Positions 18,654 through 29,677 are shown, numbered from the stretch's first letter. The stretch: 64,000 nt of DNA from an uncultured Actinomycetes bacterium (GCA_963841735.1 CAWJDT010000001.1:384001-448000), one strand, 5' to 3'. Notes: generated by a model not told the origin, from the sequence alone. Numbers and translations: made by a program.

Positions 18654-19736
18654 CTAGGTGGTGGGCGCAGTCTCGCCGCGGAGCCGGACGTTGCGCAGTG
18701 GCTCGTAGACCTCACCGGTCCTCCAGAGGTGCAGGAGGAGCACCGAGAGCTTGCGGGCCACCGCCACTACCGCTCGCTTCTTGCCCCGCTTGCCGCCCTG
18801 CGCGGCCAAGGCAAGACCCCAACGCCTGAGATCCGAGTCCGGGCCGAAGGGCCCGAGGATGTAGTGGGCGGCGCTCACGAGGAGCCAGCGCAGGTGCTCG
18901 TCCCCGGCTTTGGTGATGCGCAGCTGAGGCTCCAGGGAACCGGAGCTTGCCTGCCGGGGCCTGAGGCCGAGATACGAGCCCACCGAGCGGCACTTGGGGA
19001 AGCGCTCGGGATCTTCCACGGTAAGGACATAGACTGTGGCCGTAAGCGTGCCCACGCCGGGCACCTGGGAGAGAAGCGCGGTCTCTGGGTAGCGCTCCTT
19101 GGCCATGTCTTCGATCTTCTGATCGAGAGCGCGGATCTCATCGGAGATGTTCTGGATGACGGTGAGGACCGGAGCCAGGGCGGGAGCGAGCTCCTCGGGG
19201 ACACACGGCCCGGCCTTTTGGGCAAAGACGTCGCTCGCGCAGGTGGGCAGGCGGCTGCCCAAGGACTTCGTGCAGCCGCGGGCATGACTGATCAGACGGG
19301 TGCGAGCCCTGACCAGGGCATTGCGACTGCGCACAAGCGCGAGGTCGGACTGGGTCTCGGCTCTCCGATGGGTGAGGGGGGCCAGCAGCTCCGGGTCCAG
19401 ACGACCGACCCGGGCCAGGTACTCGGCGTCCACCCGGTCTGACTTCGAGTCGTTCTGGTAGATGAAGCGGAGCTTGCGGGGATTGGCCACGACAACGTCG
19501 TGTCCAAGTTCGGAAAGCAGACGGCTAACCCAGGGGGAGTGGGTGCCGGCCTCGATCACGATGCGTAGCGGATCCGCCCCGGAGAAGCGGCGACGCAAGG
19601 CTTCCGGCTTGGTCGTCACCCGGCCCTCCTCGGTCACCTCGCCCGCTTCGTCGAGCACACAGATCTGACAACAACGGTCGCTCAGATCGAGACCCACGGT
19701 CACCTTCGCTTGCTCGGTGGTGCTAGCATCGCACAT
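18654..19736 (-). CDS. IS110-family transposase/recombinase
   Basis: GLDL, IEAG, KSDRVDAE (DEDD RuvC domain), VPGVG, YLGLRP.QASSGS catalytic Ser motif. Confidence 0.95.
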   Translation of the reverse strand: MCDASTTEQAKVTVGLDLSDRCCQICVLDEAGEVTEEGRVTTKPEALRRRFSGADPLRIVIEAGTHSPWVSRLLSELGHDVVVANPRKLRFIYQNDSKSDRVDAEYLARVGRLDPELLAPLTHRRAETQSDLALVRSRNALVRARTRLISHARGCTKSLGSRLPTCASDVFAQKAGPCVPEELAPALAPVLTVIQNISDEIRALDQKIEDMAKERYPETALLSQVPGVGTLTATVYVLTVEDPERFPKCRSVGSYLGLRPRQASSGSLEPQLRITKAGDEHLRWLLVSAAHYILGPFGPDSDLRRWGLALAAQGGKRGKKRAVVAVARKLSVLLLHLWRTGEVYEPLRNVRLRGETAPTT

Positions 19737-19838
19737 GGCTGGCCTCCTTCATTTGGGCCCACGAGCCCGACTCTGATTGGGGACCTCACGGTACTCCGGG
19801 GGAGGTCGGCCTTCTCATCCCATCTGTATATGCCCGCC

Positions 19839-19960
19839 CTACAGGGAGTCAAGCGGGCTGGGCACGCCTTAGCCGCCTCGGTCGTAGATCATGGTCGTGT
19901 AAACGCTTTCGTGTCCCAGAACCTGTGGCGACCTACGTGCTTGACGATGCGCTCCGCGCC
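19839..19960 (-). pseudogene. intI: Integron integrase remnant 2
   Basis: RIVKHVGRH / VLGHESVYTTMIY / DRGG*GVPSPLDSL*: IntI C-terminal motifs with internal deletions. Confidence 0.8.
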
Positions 19961-19975
19961 CCCGGAGGAAAGGAA

Positions 19976-20025
19976 GGGGCGCCTTTCGGCGCCCAAAGGA
20001 AACGAATCAGGATTTGCCCAGAGCC
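19976..20025 (+). repeat. R-motif
   Basis: GGGGCGCCTTTCGGCGCCCAAAGGAAACGAATCAGGATTTGCCCAGAGCC, near-identical to 57935-57990. Confidence 0.8.
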
Positions 20026-20075
20026 TCGGCGGTAGTCGTCACGCCCAGAGTCGCGGCCCTACAGCTCGGCCGCGC

Positions 20076-20522
20076 TCACCGTGCAGCCGCCGCGCCCTCT
20101 ACGACCACGCGTTGATTCGCGCTCTGCTTCCGCCACGACCATGCGTAGCCCATGACGAACAACATGGTGGCGATCTCGACGATCGCGAAGAAGGCGTAGA
20201 AGAGAGTCACTCCGCCTTCGGTCAGCGACCAGGTGAGAAGTGCTATGTGCACGATGGCGGCGCCGATGTTGGCCCGGCGATTCCACACATCGGGCAACAC
20301 CCGCGACAGAAGCACCATGGCTATGGATGTCTCCATGATCACGGCGAAGAAGAGTATGGCCCCGGCGCTCATATCCACCGTCCCTTTCATCGCCGGATCG
20401 AAGGAGAGGCCGAAGATATCGGCGTAGAGGTAGTTGAGAACCATGAACACCCATAGCGTCGAGAGCATCACCCTTCTGTCTTTCCACACCGAACGCCTGT
20501 TGCCTGAGTCGCTGCTTGCCAT
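20076..20522 (-). CDS. DUF6326-like membrane protein
   Basis: LSTLWVFMVLNYLYADIF...MVLLSRVL...NR.ANI. Confidence 0.8.
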   Translation of the reverse strand: MASSDSGNRRSVWKDRRVMLSTLWVFMVLNYLYADIFGLSFDPAMKGTVDMSAGAILFFAVIMETSIAMVLLSRVLPDVWNRRANIGAAIVHIALLTWSLTEGGVTLFYAFFAIVEIATMLFVMGYAWSWRKQSANQRVVVEGAAAAR

Positions 20523-20543
20523 CGTCAAACCCTCCTGTTACAT

Positions 20544-20590
20544 ACTTACGTTGTAAGTCTCTGTTCGCATGGTACACTTACACCGTAAGT
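20544..20590. promoter_or_regulatory. Two TetR-type operators
   Basis: ACTTAC-N3-GTAAGT palindromes at 20544 and 20576 between divergent genes. Confidence 0.8.
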
Positions 20591-20612
20591 CTGTCAAGCA
20601 AAGGACCATCAC

Positions 20613-21281
20613 ATGTCAGCACGGCGCCAACCTGGATCGGAGCCCCGGGCTCCTTTGAACAGAGAGAGGGTGTTGAGGGCCGCCATCGGTCTCGCGGATG
20701 ACGAAGGCATGGATGCGCTGACCATGCGCAGACTCGGTGAGCGACTGGGCGTGGAGGCTATGTCGCTCTACAACCATGTCGCCAACAAGGAAGACCTCCT
20801 GGTCGGCATGGGCGACATCATCTTGGGCGAGATCGAACTGCCGGCGGAAGACGTCGACTGGAAGACGGCCATGCGCCGCCGAGCCGTCTCGGCTCGCGAC
20901 GTGTTCGTAAGCCACCCCTGGGCGGTCGTCTTGGTAGACACGCGCGCGCATCCCGGCCCAGCGGCGCTTCGCTACGCAGACTCGGTGCTTGGGTCTCTGA
21001 GAAGGGGCGGCTTCACGCCCAACATGGCCGCGCGCGCCTTCTGGGTGCTCGATAGCTACGTCTACGGGTCCGCGCGGCAGCAGTCGAATGTGCAGCTCCA
21101 GGAGGCGGCCGACCCCACGAGCGCGCAGGCAACACGAGAGCTTCCCCCCGATACCTACCCTTACCTCGTGGAGACGGCCCTCAGCTACACAGCGGAACCC
21201 GGTTGGAACACCGAGGATGAATTCGAGTTCGGCCTGGAGATGATCCTCGAAGGCCTTGAGCGCCGCCTGGGCGCCGAGTAA
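20613..21281 (+). CDS. TetR/AcrR-family regulator
   Basis: LTMRRLG..LGVEAMSLYNHVANK HTH; TetR_C FEFGL. Confidence 0.93.
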   Translation: MSARRQPGSEPRAPLNRERVLRAAIGLADDEGMDALTMRRLGERLGVEAMSLYNHVANKEDLLVGMGDIILGEIELPAEDVDWKTAMRRRAVSARDVFVSHPWAVVLVDTRAHPGPAALRYADSVLGSLRRGGFTPNMAARAFWVLDSYVYGSARQQSNVQLQEAADPTSAQATRELPPDTYPYLVETALSYTAEPGWNTEDEFEFGLEMILEGLERRLGAE

Positions 21282-21376
21282 CCGGCGCCACAGCCGGAGC
21301 CGCCGAGTAGCCAGGCGTCCGGGCGACGGGGCAACCGAGGCCCAGCCGACCCGACGGCCGAGCGACCCACTCGCGC

Positions 21377-22342
21377 CTACTCCACGGTCAGAACGACCTT
21401 GCCCTGGTGGCGCCCTTCGCCGAAGTACCGCATGGCCTCCGCCGCTTGGCCCAGCGTGTAGCGACCGTCCACCACGGGCCTGACTTTGCCGGTTTCGACG
21501 AGCCCGGTCATGTATCCCAGGTCCTTGTTCGGCTTTAGGCCGACCACGCGCACCCGCTTCTTGTGCGCCATCGCGACCAACGGCCCCAGCAGCGCGACTT
21601 CAGCGAGCCGGCCCAACGAGCCCCCGACCGTGACGTAGGTACCGCCGGGGCTGAGCGCGCGCAGGTAGGCGCGAAGCGGCCGGTTGGTCTTGACGTCCAG
21701 GATCAGGTCGTACTGCTGCCCCGTGCTGGTGAAGTCCTGTTGCGCGTAGTCGAGCACGTGGTCGAAGCCCAGCGACCTCAGCATGTCCAGTTTGGCGGAG
21801 CTGTCGACGCCGGTGGTCTCCGCCCCGTACAGGCGGGCGATCTGGATGGCAAACGTGCCTACGCCGCCACCCGCTCCGTTGACCAGAAGTTTCTGCCCTT
21901 GGCGAAGCTGCCCTATGTCTAGCAGGCCCTGTACGGCGAGCATCGCCGCCTGCGGTATCGCGGCAGCTTCTTCGAAGGTCAGGCCTGCCGGCTTCGGAGC
22001 GAGCTCCGTTTCGCGAGCGCACGCGTACTCGGCGAAGCCACCCCAGCGGCCGCTTACATCGCCGAACACCTGGTCGCCCAGCTGGAACCGCTTCGTGTCC
22101 TTGCCGACTGCTTCGACTACACCCGCGATATCGGAGCCGAGGATCTGCTTCTTTGGCTTCCACAGACCGAACATCATCCGGTTCACGAAGGTGGCGCCTT
22201 GAAGGCCCTGCCAGTCCCAATCGTTGATGGCAACGGCGCGGACTCCCACCAGGACCTCGTCATCCTTGGGGATGGGCTTCGCTACGTCCCGCGGTTCGAG
22301 ATACTCAGCCCTGCCGTACCTGGTGAACACGATGGCTTTCAC
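21377..22342 (-). CDS. MDR-family NAD(P)-dependent oxidoreductase
   Basis: ILGSDIAG, VNGAGGGVG, GRHQGKVV. Confidence 0.92.
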   Translation of the reverse strand: MKAIVFTRYGRAEYLEPRDVAKPIPKDDEVLVGVRAVAINDWDWQGLQGATFVNRMMFGLWKPKKQILGSDIAGVVEAVGKDTKRFQLGDQVFGDVSGRWGGFAEYACARETELAPKPAGLTFEEAAAIPQAAMLAVQGLLDIGQLRQGQKLLVNGAGGGVGTFAIQIARLYGAETTGVDSSAKLDMLRSLGFDHVLDYAQQDFTSTGQQYDLILDVKTNRPLRAYLRALSPGGTYVTVGGSLGRLAEVALLGPLVAMAHKKRVRVVGLKPNKDLGYMTGLVETGKVRPVVDGRYTLGQAAEAMRYFGEGRHQGKVVLTVE

Positions 22343-23571
22343 GGGCTCAGCCAGTTCGTATCACGCTGAAGAAACATGTCAGACAGTCGCCTGTAGGCCC
22401 ACCCCGGGGGAGTGGCGGTTCCTTCATAACCCGCCAGATCCTGCATTGCGGCAATCTCTTCAGAAGTAGCCTTGGGAGCAGGGAACTCCAGCACCAACAC
22501 CGCCCGGCCAGATTCCTGTCGCACGTAGTAGCGCAGGCCGGTCCCGTTCGACGGGGTGAGCATCTCGGCGAAGGAGCGCCCCGAAAAGGATGGATAGGCC
22601 GCCAGGCGCTCCAACAGGACGGGAGCCGTCGCCTCGGCCGATTCGGCATCGCGATAGACGAGGCCCAAACGAGCGATCTGTTCATCACCGGTCACGACAT
22701 CAGCCAGGACAAGCAGTTCAAAGGTGGGCGCTATGTTCAGCGCCATGGTCAGACCGGCGATAGTCGCCTGCAAGACATCGGCATCCTCACCTACCGCGTT
22801 GACGGCAGCCCGATAGCCAGGGGCGTCTGCCAGGTTGGGCACTGTTCCCGCCACCGCGCCCGCATGCGCCAACACCAATTCCAGGTCGGCCGAAGACATC
22901 AGCAGATCGTCGCTGATGATCATCGGCTGGCGCCGTCCCAGCTCCCCGCCGAACGGGTTCTCCACCACTCTGTATGACAAGTCTATTCGAAGGCCGTCCT
23001 CCGGATCTTTCCCCGAGCACCAGACTGTCACTCCGTCGAAGTCCTTCGGTGCCAAGCCTATGTTGGCTTGGTAGGCGGTGCGGATGGCGTCCGCGTCGAA
23101 GCTGCCGGCCAACATCAAGCCGTCGCTGGGCGGTACACCGAACTGGACTGCTTGGTCGACCTCAAGCGGGCTGAACCCGACCGCTGCCGGCCCGGTTTCC
23201 ATCCCGGCTTGCCAGTATCGGCTGTATGACCAGGCGATCCCTCGAAGTAGAGCCCACCAGACCTTGTGGGCTTCGTCGGCCTCCGAGATACCAGCAAACT
23301 CCTGGGCATCCGCTGGGCGGGTGGCATGGTAGGCGGAATCCATGGCGGAGTAGTCCACGAAGTAGATGAATCCCTCAGTCTGACTGATGGGGTCTTCCGG
23401 GATGCCCGCCAGCAAAGATAGTAGCGGCGTAGTGCTGGACGTCGGACCGGGGCTAGGTGTCGGAGCCGTACTGGGTGTGTCCGCCATCTTGGCTCCGCAA
23501 GATGTGCAAACGAGAGCAACCAACAGCAACACAACGCCTAGAACATGCAGGACTCGGGGGTTCGCCTTCAT
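22339..23571 (-). CDS. Putative lipoprotein
   Basis: Signal peptide with TSC lipobox-like site, Pro/Thr linker. Confidence 0.7.
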   Translation of the reverse strand: MKANPRVLHVLGVVLLLVALVCTSCGAKMADTPSTAPTPSPGPTSSTTPLLSLLAGIPEDPISQTEGFIYFVDYSAMDSAYHATRPADAQEFAGISEADEAHKVWWALLRGIAWSYSRYWQAGMETGPAAVGFSPLEVDQAVQFGVPPSDGLMLAGSFDADAIRTAYQANIGLAPKDFDGVTVWCSGKDPEDGLRIDLSYRVVENPFGGELGRRQPMIISDDLLMSSADLELVLAHAGAVAGTVPNLADAPGYRAAVNAVGEDADVLQATIAGLTMALNIAPTFELLVLADVVTGDEQIARLGLVYRDAESAEATAPVLLERLAAYPSFSGRSFAEMLTPSNGTGLRYYVRQESGRAVLVLEFPAPKATSEEIAAMQDLAGYEGTATPPGWAYRRLSDMFLQRDTNWLSP

Positions 23572-23669
23572 ATCCTATGCCCCCATTCTTTTGGTGCCAG
23601 GGACTTCCGCCGTTCACTTCATATCATAAGGCGAAAGCGCGCGGGCGCCGACCTGGTGGAGAGCCGACT

Positions 23670-24815
23670 TCACACCCGGATGCACGCCACGTAATGCCCT
23701 GGGCTTATCTCTCTGGTCTCGGGCATGGCCTCGCTACAGGCCGGGATGGCCACGCTGCAGCGCTCATGGAAAGGACAACCCGCGGGCGGGTGTAAGGGAC
23801 TCGGTACTTCGCCTGTCAAGACGATACGCTCCCTGGTCTGCTCCACCTCCGGGTCAGGCACCGGCACGGCCGAGAGCAAGGCCTTGGTGTAGGGATGCAA
23901 GGGATGGTCGCAGAGCTCCCGGGCCGGAGCGGTCTCTACGATATGACCCAGATACATCACCGCGATGCGGTCGCTCACGTGCCTGACCACGGCCAAGTCG
24001 TGAGCGATGAACATGTAAGACAGGTCCTGGAACTTGGCCTGCAGGTCTTTAAGCAGGTTGATCACCTGGGCCTGGATAGATACATCCAGGGCCGAGATGG
24101 GCTCGTCGCAGATGATCAAGGTGGGACCACAGGCCAGGGCCCGGGCGATGCCTATGCGTTGCCTTTGCCCGCCGGAGAACTCGTGAGGGAAACGACCGGC
24201 CATAGAGGGATCCAGCCCCACGATGCGCATGAGCTCGTCCACTCTGGCTCTGCGTTCGGCCTTGTTGGGTATGAGCTTGTGCGCTCGGATGGGCTCCCCG
24301 ATGATAGATCCTGCGGCTTGGCGGGGATCCAGCGAGCCATAGGGGTCCTGGAACATGTAGGCCATCTTCTTGCGCAGAGGCTTCATCTGCCTCTCGGTGA
24401 GATGGCTGATGTCCCTGCCTTCGAAGAGGATCTTGCCGGCGGTTGGTTTATGAAGACGGATGATGGCGCGGCCTACCGTGGTCTTGCCGCAACCACTCTC
24501 TCCAACCAGGCCCAGGACTTCGCCCCTTTTGAGCGTCAAACTGACCCCGTCGACGGCTTTGACATCGGCTACTTTGCGGAGCAGCAGGCCGCGCAGCACG
24601 GGGAAGTAGACCTTGAGGTCTTTTACCTCTAGAACTAGGTCGCTGTCGCCGTGCCCAAGCGAGCCCCGGCCGTGTCTTTGCGCGTCTTTGTCGTGGGCTC
24701 GGCGGGCTCTGCGGCTCGGGCGGAAACCCAGCCTCAAGGAGCGCTCGCCGCGGCCCTTGTCCTCGCCGCGGTCATGGCGGCGTTCACCCTTGCCGAGGCT
24801 CTTTTCGGGCTTCAC
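23670..24815 (-). CDS. Oligopeptide-type ABC ATPase (OppF-like)
   Basis: [21 protein letters not shown]-terminal Cys motif; long charged N-terminal extension. Confidence 0.93.
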   Translation of the reverse strand: MKPEKSLGKGERRHDRGEDKGRGERSLRLGFRPSRRARRAHDKDAQRHGRGSLGHGDSDLVLEVKDLKVYFPVLRGLLLRKVADVKAVDGVSLTLKRGEVLGLVGESGCGKTTVGRAIIRLHKPTAGKILFEGRDISHLTERQMKPLRKKMAYMFQDPYGSLDPRQAAGSIIGEPIRAHKLIPNKAERRARVDELMRIVGLDPSMAGRFPHEFSGGQRQRIGIARALACGPTLIICDEPISALDVSIQAQVINLLKDLQAKFQDLSYMFIAHDLAVVRHVSDRIAVMYLGHIVETAPARELCDHPLHPYTKALLSAVPVPDPEVEQTRERIVLTGEVPSPLHPPAGCPFHERCSVAIPACSEAMPETREISPGHYVACIRV

Positions 24816-25801
24816 TTCGCCACCCCTTCCGGGTTCACATAGCAGCGGGTGCAGTGGGCCTCACCCACGGACTCAAGCTCGGGCCAGGGGTCGCACTGAC
24901 AGCGCTCCACCGCATAGGTGCAGCGGGGCAGGAAGGCGCACTTGCCCGTCATGCGGCCCAAGTTGGGGGGCAGGCCCGGGATGGCTTCCAGCCGGCGGCC
25001 CTCCCCTTCGTCTATGCGCGGTACGCAGCGCAGTAGGCCGATGGTGTAGGGATGCCGGGGACGGGCGAATACTTCTTTGCAGGTGCCGCTCTCTACGATG
25101 CGTCCCGCGTACATGATGTAGAGGGTCTGGGCGTAGCGGGCCACCACTCCTAGGTTATGAGTCACGATGACCAGCGAGGAGTTGAACTTGGCCACCGCCG
25201 CCACCATCATCTCCAGGAGCTGGGCCTGGGTGGTGACGTCCAGGGCGGTGGTGGGCTCGTCGGCGATGACCAGTCTCGGGTTACAAGAGAGGGCCATGGC
25301 GATCATGGCCCTCTGGCGCATGCCGCCGCTGAACTGATGCGGATAGTCGCCCAGGCGGGTCTCGGCGTTGGGGATGCCTACCATCTCCAGGAGCTCGGTC
25401 GCCCGGGCTTTGGCTTCTTTCTTGTTCATCTTAAGATGCAGCTCCGGCATCTCGGTTAACTGCCGGCCGATGGTTAAGACCGGGTTAAGCGAGGTCATGG
25501 GCTCCTGGAAGATCATGGCTATCTTGCCGCCTCTGACCGAGCGCATCTCGGGGCCGTTGGCCTCATAGGCCATGAGGTCGCGGCCTTCAAAGAGGATCTC
25601 GCCTTGCGTGATCTTGCCGGGGGGACGGATGAGGCGCATCACCGAGAGCTGGGTGACCGACTTGCCGCAACCCGACTCGCCTACCACGCCTACGATCTCT
25701 TGCTCACGGATGGTAAAGGAGACATCGTCGACGGCCTTTACCAGGCCGTCGTCGGTGCGGAACTGGGTGTGCAGGTTCTTTACTTCTAGGAGGGGGGTCA
25801 T
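24812..25801 (-). CDS. Oligopeptide-type ABC ATPase (OppD-like)
   Basis: [26 protein letters not shown]. Confidence 0.94.
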   Translation of the reverse strand: MTPLLEVKNLHTQFRTDDGLVKAVDDVSFTIREQEIVGVVGESGCGKSVTQLSVMRLIRPPGKITQGEILFEGRDLMAYEANGPEMRSVRGGKIAMIFQEPMTSLNPVLTIGRQLTEMPELHLKMNKKEAKARATELLEMVGIPNAETRLGDYPHQFSGGMRQRAMIAMALSCNPRLVIADEPTTALDVTTQAQLLEMMVAAVAKFNSSLVIVTHNLGVVARYAQTLYIMYAGRIVESGTCKEVFARPRHPYTIGLLRCVPRIDEGEGRRLEAIPGLPPNLGRMTGKCAFLPRCTYAVERCQCDPWPELESVGEAHCTRCYVNPEGVAK

Positions 25802-26720
25802 CTAGAGCGTCCCCCGCAGGCGGGGGTCAAGCGCGTCGCGCAGGCCGTCGCCCATCATGTTGAAGCCGAAGACCAAGAGCGCGATCCCCACCCCGGGGAA
25901 AAGAGCCAGCTGAGGCGCTCTGGTCAGAAACTGTCGTCCCGTATCGATCATGCTGCCCCAAGCAGCCGTTGGGGGGCTGATCCCCGCCCCCAAGAAGCTC
26001 AGTCCCGCCTCGGCCATTATCATCGCTCCCATAGATACTGTCATCATCACCAGGCACGGCGCCAGGGCGTTCGGGTAGACATGCCGAAACATGATCCATG
26101 GGTTGCTGACCCCGGCGCTGCGGCTGGCAAGCACATAGTCGTTCTGCTTGACGCTCATAGTCTGAGCGCACATCATGCGGCACTGTCCCGGTACGACGCC
26201 CACTGAGAGGGCGATTATCACGTTCTTCAGACCCCCACCCAGCACCACCGAGATGACAAGCGCAAGCACTATCAGAGGAACCGCCATCAAGGTGTCGGTG
26301 AGGCGCATGATAATGGTGTTGACCCAGCCGCCGAAATAGCCGGCCGTCAGGCCCAGCAGCTGGCCGATTATCGCCCCCAAGAACACGGCGCACACCCCGA
26401 CGATGAGAGCGGTACGAGCCCCATAGATCCAGCGGCTGAGCAGATCCCTGCCCACTTCGTCGGTGCCCAGCCAGTGCTCACTGCTGGGGCTGGCCAACTT
26501 GGCCAAAACATCGGTCTCGTAGGGATCATGGGGCGCGATCAACGGAGCGAACGACGGCCACTAGGATCATCAACACTAGAACGGCCAGACCCACCACCGC
26601 TAGTTTGCGCCTCCAGAATACGCGGACGACCCGCTTCCATTCCGGCAGCAGTGCCGGGACTTCCTCGTCTATGGGACGCGGGCATCCGACCTCAGCAGCC
26701 ATGCTCACCCTCACTGGCAT
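25802..26720 (-). CDS. ABC permease (OppC-like; frameshift ~26545)
   Basis: HWLGTDEVGRD, EAGLSFLG, GDGLRDALDP; N-terminus in adjacent frame. Confidence 0.88.
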
Positions 26721-26743
26721 CCAAGAACCGCAACGCTACACTC

Positions 26744-27706
26744 CTATCTATAGCTTTGACGTATGCGCGGATCCAACCACGCGTACGCCACATCGACGAT
26801 GATGTTCACTGCGACGATTATGCAGGCCATCAGGAGGACCACCCCTTGTACGGCTTGGTAGTCCCTTCCGTTGATCGCCTCGGAGAGCATGCCCCCGATA
26901 CCGTCGATGGCAAAGACGTTCTCCACCAGCACTGAGCCTCCAAGCATGAAACCCACTTGGATCCCCAAGGTTGTGACTACCGGTATCAGCCCGTTCTTTA
27001 GCAGATGCCGCTTTACGATGATCCTCTCCGTCAACCCCTTGGACCAGGCAGTGCGGATGTAATCCTGGTGGGAGACCTCGAGCATGCTCGAACGCGCTTG
27101 CCGAGTCTGCGCAGCCAGGCCGAAGAGGGCAAGGGACAACACGGGCATGATCAGATGCTTGACATGCGATCCGAAGTCCTCGAAGGGGGACACGTACCCG
27201 GGAAACACATCAAGCCAACCCAATTTGTTGGCGAAGATGTACATGAGCACGATCCCCACCCAGAAGTTGGGCAAGGTGATGCCCAAGTTGGCGAGCACGC
27301 TTACCGTCGTATCCTGCCACTTGCCCCTTCGTATGGCCGCGATGATCCCAAAGAAGGGGCCTACGATACTGCTGATGAGTATGGCGAGAACCGCCAGATT
27401 CAAAGTCACCGGGAACGTCTTCGCGATCCGGGTGCCCACCTCGTCTCCAGAACTGATGGAATACCCCAGGTCTCCTTTGACTGCGCCACCCAACCAGCGA
27501 AAGTACTGCTGGATCAGGGGTTCATCGAGGTGGAATTCCTCTCTGAGTTGGGCTATCTCTTCCTCGCTGTAGGAGGTAGCCGTGTCTCCGAGGTACAACC
27601 TGATCGGATCGCCCGGCAACAGCCGCATCAAAAAGAAAATCAGCACAGTGACAAGTAATATGACGATGACGGCCTGGATCAGGCGACGAAGGATGTAGGT
27701 TGTCAC
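26744..27706 (-). CDS. ABC permease (OppB-like)
   Basis: YILRRL, PGDP, DYIRTAWSKGL, DPRIR. Confidence 0.93.
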   Translation of the reverse strand: MTTYILRRLIQAVIVILLVTVLIFFLMRLLPGDPIRLYLGDTATSYSEEEIAQLREEFHLDEPLIQQYFRWLGGAVKGDLGYSISSGDEVGTRIAKTFPVTLNLAVLAILISSIVGPFFGIIAAIRRGKWQDTTVSVLANLGITLPNFWVGIVLMYIFANKLGWLDVFPGYVSPFEDFGSHVKHLIMPVLSLALFGLAAQTRQARSSMLEVSHQDYIRTAWSKGLTERIIVKRHLLKNGLIPVVTTLGIQVGFMLGGSVLVENVFAIDGIGGMLSEAINGRDYQAVQGVVLLMACIIVAVNIIVDVAYAWLDPRIRQSYR

Positions 27707-27762
27707 GTTGACCTTCCGGATACGTTTCCTAGAGACCCCACCAAGGCGCGGGACCGCCCAGC

Positions 27763-27798
27763 GGGCGCTACCCTGGCATCACTGCCAGGGTAGCGCCC
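27763..27798. terminator. Perfect 16-bp hairpin after solute-binding gene (mRNA stabiliser/attenuator)
   Basis: GGGCGCTACCCTGGCA-TCAC-TGCCAGGGTAGCGCCC. Confidence 0.7.
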
Positions 27799-27848
27799 CA
27801 ACACGGCTCGACCCCCATGCATAGAGCTCAAATCAGCGGCTGCGCGTC

Positions 27849-29540
27849 TCAGTCCTGGCTCAACCATATGCGCTCGACTGGGTACTCGCCGCTGTCGTAC
27901 ACACACCACACGTTGTCACGAACCTCAGGAGCTATGGCTATGTTGCCAACCAGCGCATAGAGCGGCGTCACCAGGGCGTAGTCGTCTATGGCCATCTTGT
28001 TCAGCTGTCGGTACAGGGCGTACCGCTGATCGAGATCGGTCTCGACCAACATGGTCCTGTACAGCTGGTTGAACTCATCCGGTATGAAGATGTGGTTGCC
28101 AAACTGATAGGCATCCTCGCTGAAGTAGGTCTTCAGCATGCTCGAGTACTCCACCGCGGGGTTGTAGGACAAGGACATGGCGCCCAGACCTTCCCAGCCT
28201 TTGGAGTTCATGGCGCTCCAAGTCGCGAAGTCCACCGGCCTCAGACTCACCTCGATGCCTACTTTGTCCAAGTTATCCTTCACCACAGTGAAAACTTGGT
28301 CGTAGTCCTCGGCCGAGAGATAGGTCAGTTCCGGCTTCCACGGGTTATCTGGAGTAATACCCACCTCTGCCAGCAGCTCCATCGCCTTCGTCGGGTTGTA
28401 GGGGTAGCCTACAATGTCGTCGTTCCAGGCTGCCTGCTGCCACCCCGCCTCGCCCGGGATGGCGAGTTGATTGGTGGGGTCGACGAAACCCTCGTACACT
28501 CCGGCTACGATGGTGGGCACGTCGATGGCGTAGCTTATGGCCTGACGCACCCTGATGTCGTTGTAGCGTGGATCGAGGTTGTCGGTGCTTATGGCCAATG
28601 TGTTCAGGGCCATGATGCGGCTCTGCAGGGTTCCACCAGCGGCCTCAAGCTCCGCGCTGTCGGTGAAATTCGCACCGTACATTATCTGACCCTCGCCGTT
28701 GAGGAACGCCGTCTTCCTACTCTGGTAGTCGGCGATGACCACGATCTTCACGGCATCCAGATACGGCAGACCTTCCTGCCAGTAATCATCGTTGCGCACG
28801 AAAGTCAGCTCAGAGGGAAACTTGTATTCCTGGAGCTTGAAGGGCCCTGTGCCCACCGGGTTCCTCTTGATCTTGACCGCACCGTACTCATCGTAGGCAG
28901 CCGGGGAGGTCATCTTGCCGCAACCCGACGGGTTCAGCCTCTGCACCAGGAGGGGGTCGGGCTCCGAGAGAGTCAGGCTAATGGTGTAGGTATCCAAGAC
29001 CTCGATGTTGGTCACAACGTCGAGGTCGGTCTTCGCACCATCTATCTGCATCTGCAGGTTCCACTTGGCCGCCTCAGCGTTGAAATCGGTGCCGTCGTGG
29101 AACCTCACGCCTTCCCGCAAGTGGAAGGTGACCTCTGTGAAGTCGGCATTGTATTCCCAACTGGTGGCCAGCTGAGGAACGGGGTTCCCATCCGGGTTTA
29201 TGCCAACGAGATTCTCAACGGCAAAACGAGCTGCCTGGAAATCCATGAAGCGGGTAGGTTCCCACCAAGCCCCGAAGTTGCTCGGTCCGTATTGGTGGAG
29301 TATCACCAAAGTCCCACCGTACTGCGGCGTCTCTCCGCTGGCAGGACCTTGCGGACCCTCCAGAATGGACCGGGGCACATCATCCGTTACAGAGGCACCG
29401 GTAGTGCCCGTAGCAACGGTAGTGGTGACGCCATCGTCAGTAGTGGAAGTTTCATCCTTCCCACAACCGACCGCCAGCGCCGCCAACATCGCCACCGCCA
29501 GGAGACACCCCAGCAGAACCAACCATCTTCTTGACTTCAC
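27849..29540 (-). CDS. ABC substrate-binding lipoprotein, family 5
   Basis: AVGC lipobox, LREGVRFHDGT, PVGTGPF, VRQAISYAID. Confidence 0.93.
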   Translation of the reverse strand: MKSRRWLVLLGCLLAVAMLAALAVGCGKDETSTTDDGVTTTVATGTTGASVTDDVPRSILEGPQGPASGETPQYGGTLVILHQYGPSNFGAWWEPTRFMDFQAARFAVENLVGINPDGNPVPQLATSWEYNADFTEVTFHLREGVRFHDGTDFNAEAAKWNLQMQIDGAKTDLDVVTNIEVLDTYTISLTLSEPDPLLVQRLNPSGCGKMTSPAAYDEYGAVKIKRNPVGTGPFKLQEYKFPSELTFVRNDDYWQEGLPYLDAVKIVVIADYQSRKTAFLNGEGQIMYGANFTDSAELEAAGGTLQSRIMALNTLAISTDNLDPRYNDIRVRQAISYAIDVPTIVAGVYEGFVDPTNQLAIPGEAGWQQAAWNDDIVGYPYNPTKAMELLAEVGITPDNPWKPELTYLSAEDYDQVFTVVKDNLDKVGIEVSLRPVDFATWSAMNSKGWEGLGAMSLSYNPAVEYSSMLKTYFSEDAYQFGNHIFIPDEFNQLYRTMLVETDLDQRYALYRQLNKMAIDDYALVTPLYALVGNIAIAPEVRDNVWCVYDSGEYPVERIWLSQD

Positions 29541-29677
29541 GACCCCTCCTTCTCTGGAACCTTAGTGAGTCTGGCTTCTCTCTGTTCAACCCGCTCATCG
29601 AGTCCTGCCACGCCGGGCATTCTTCCCTGTGCATCTGGAGCGACAGCCCGCTCAGCAGCAAGCCGAGCCGTCCGATA

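Larger units (their letters stand above)
18287..19825 (-). mobile_element. IS110-family, IS1111-group insertion sequence
   Basis: Subterminal IRs ATGAGAAGCCGG (18290) / CGGCCTTCTCAT (19818); CT core at both junctions (18285-86, 19824-25); TTGACA near right end; long 3' non-coding region. Confidence 0.9.
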
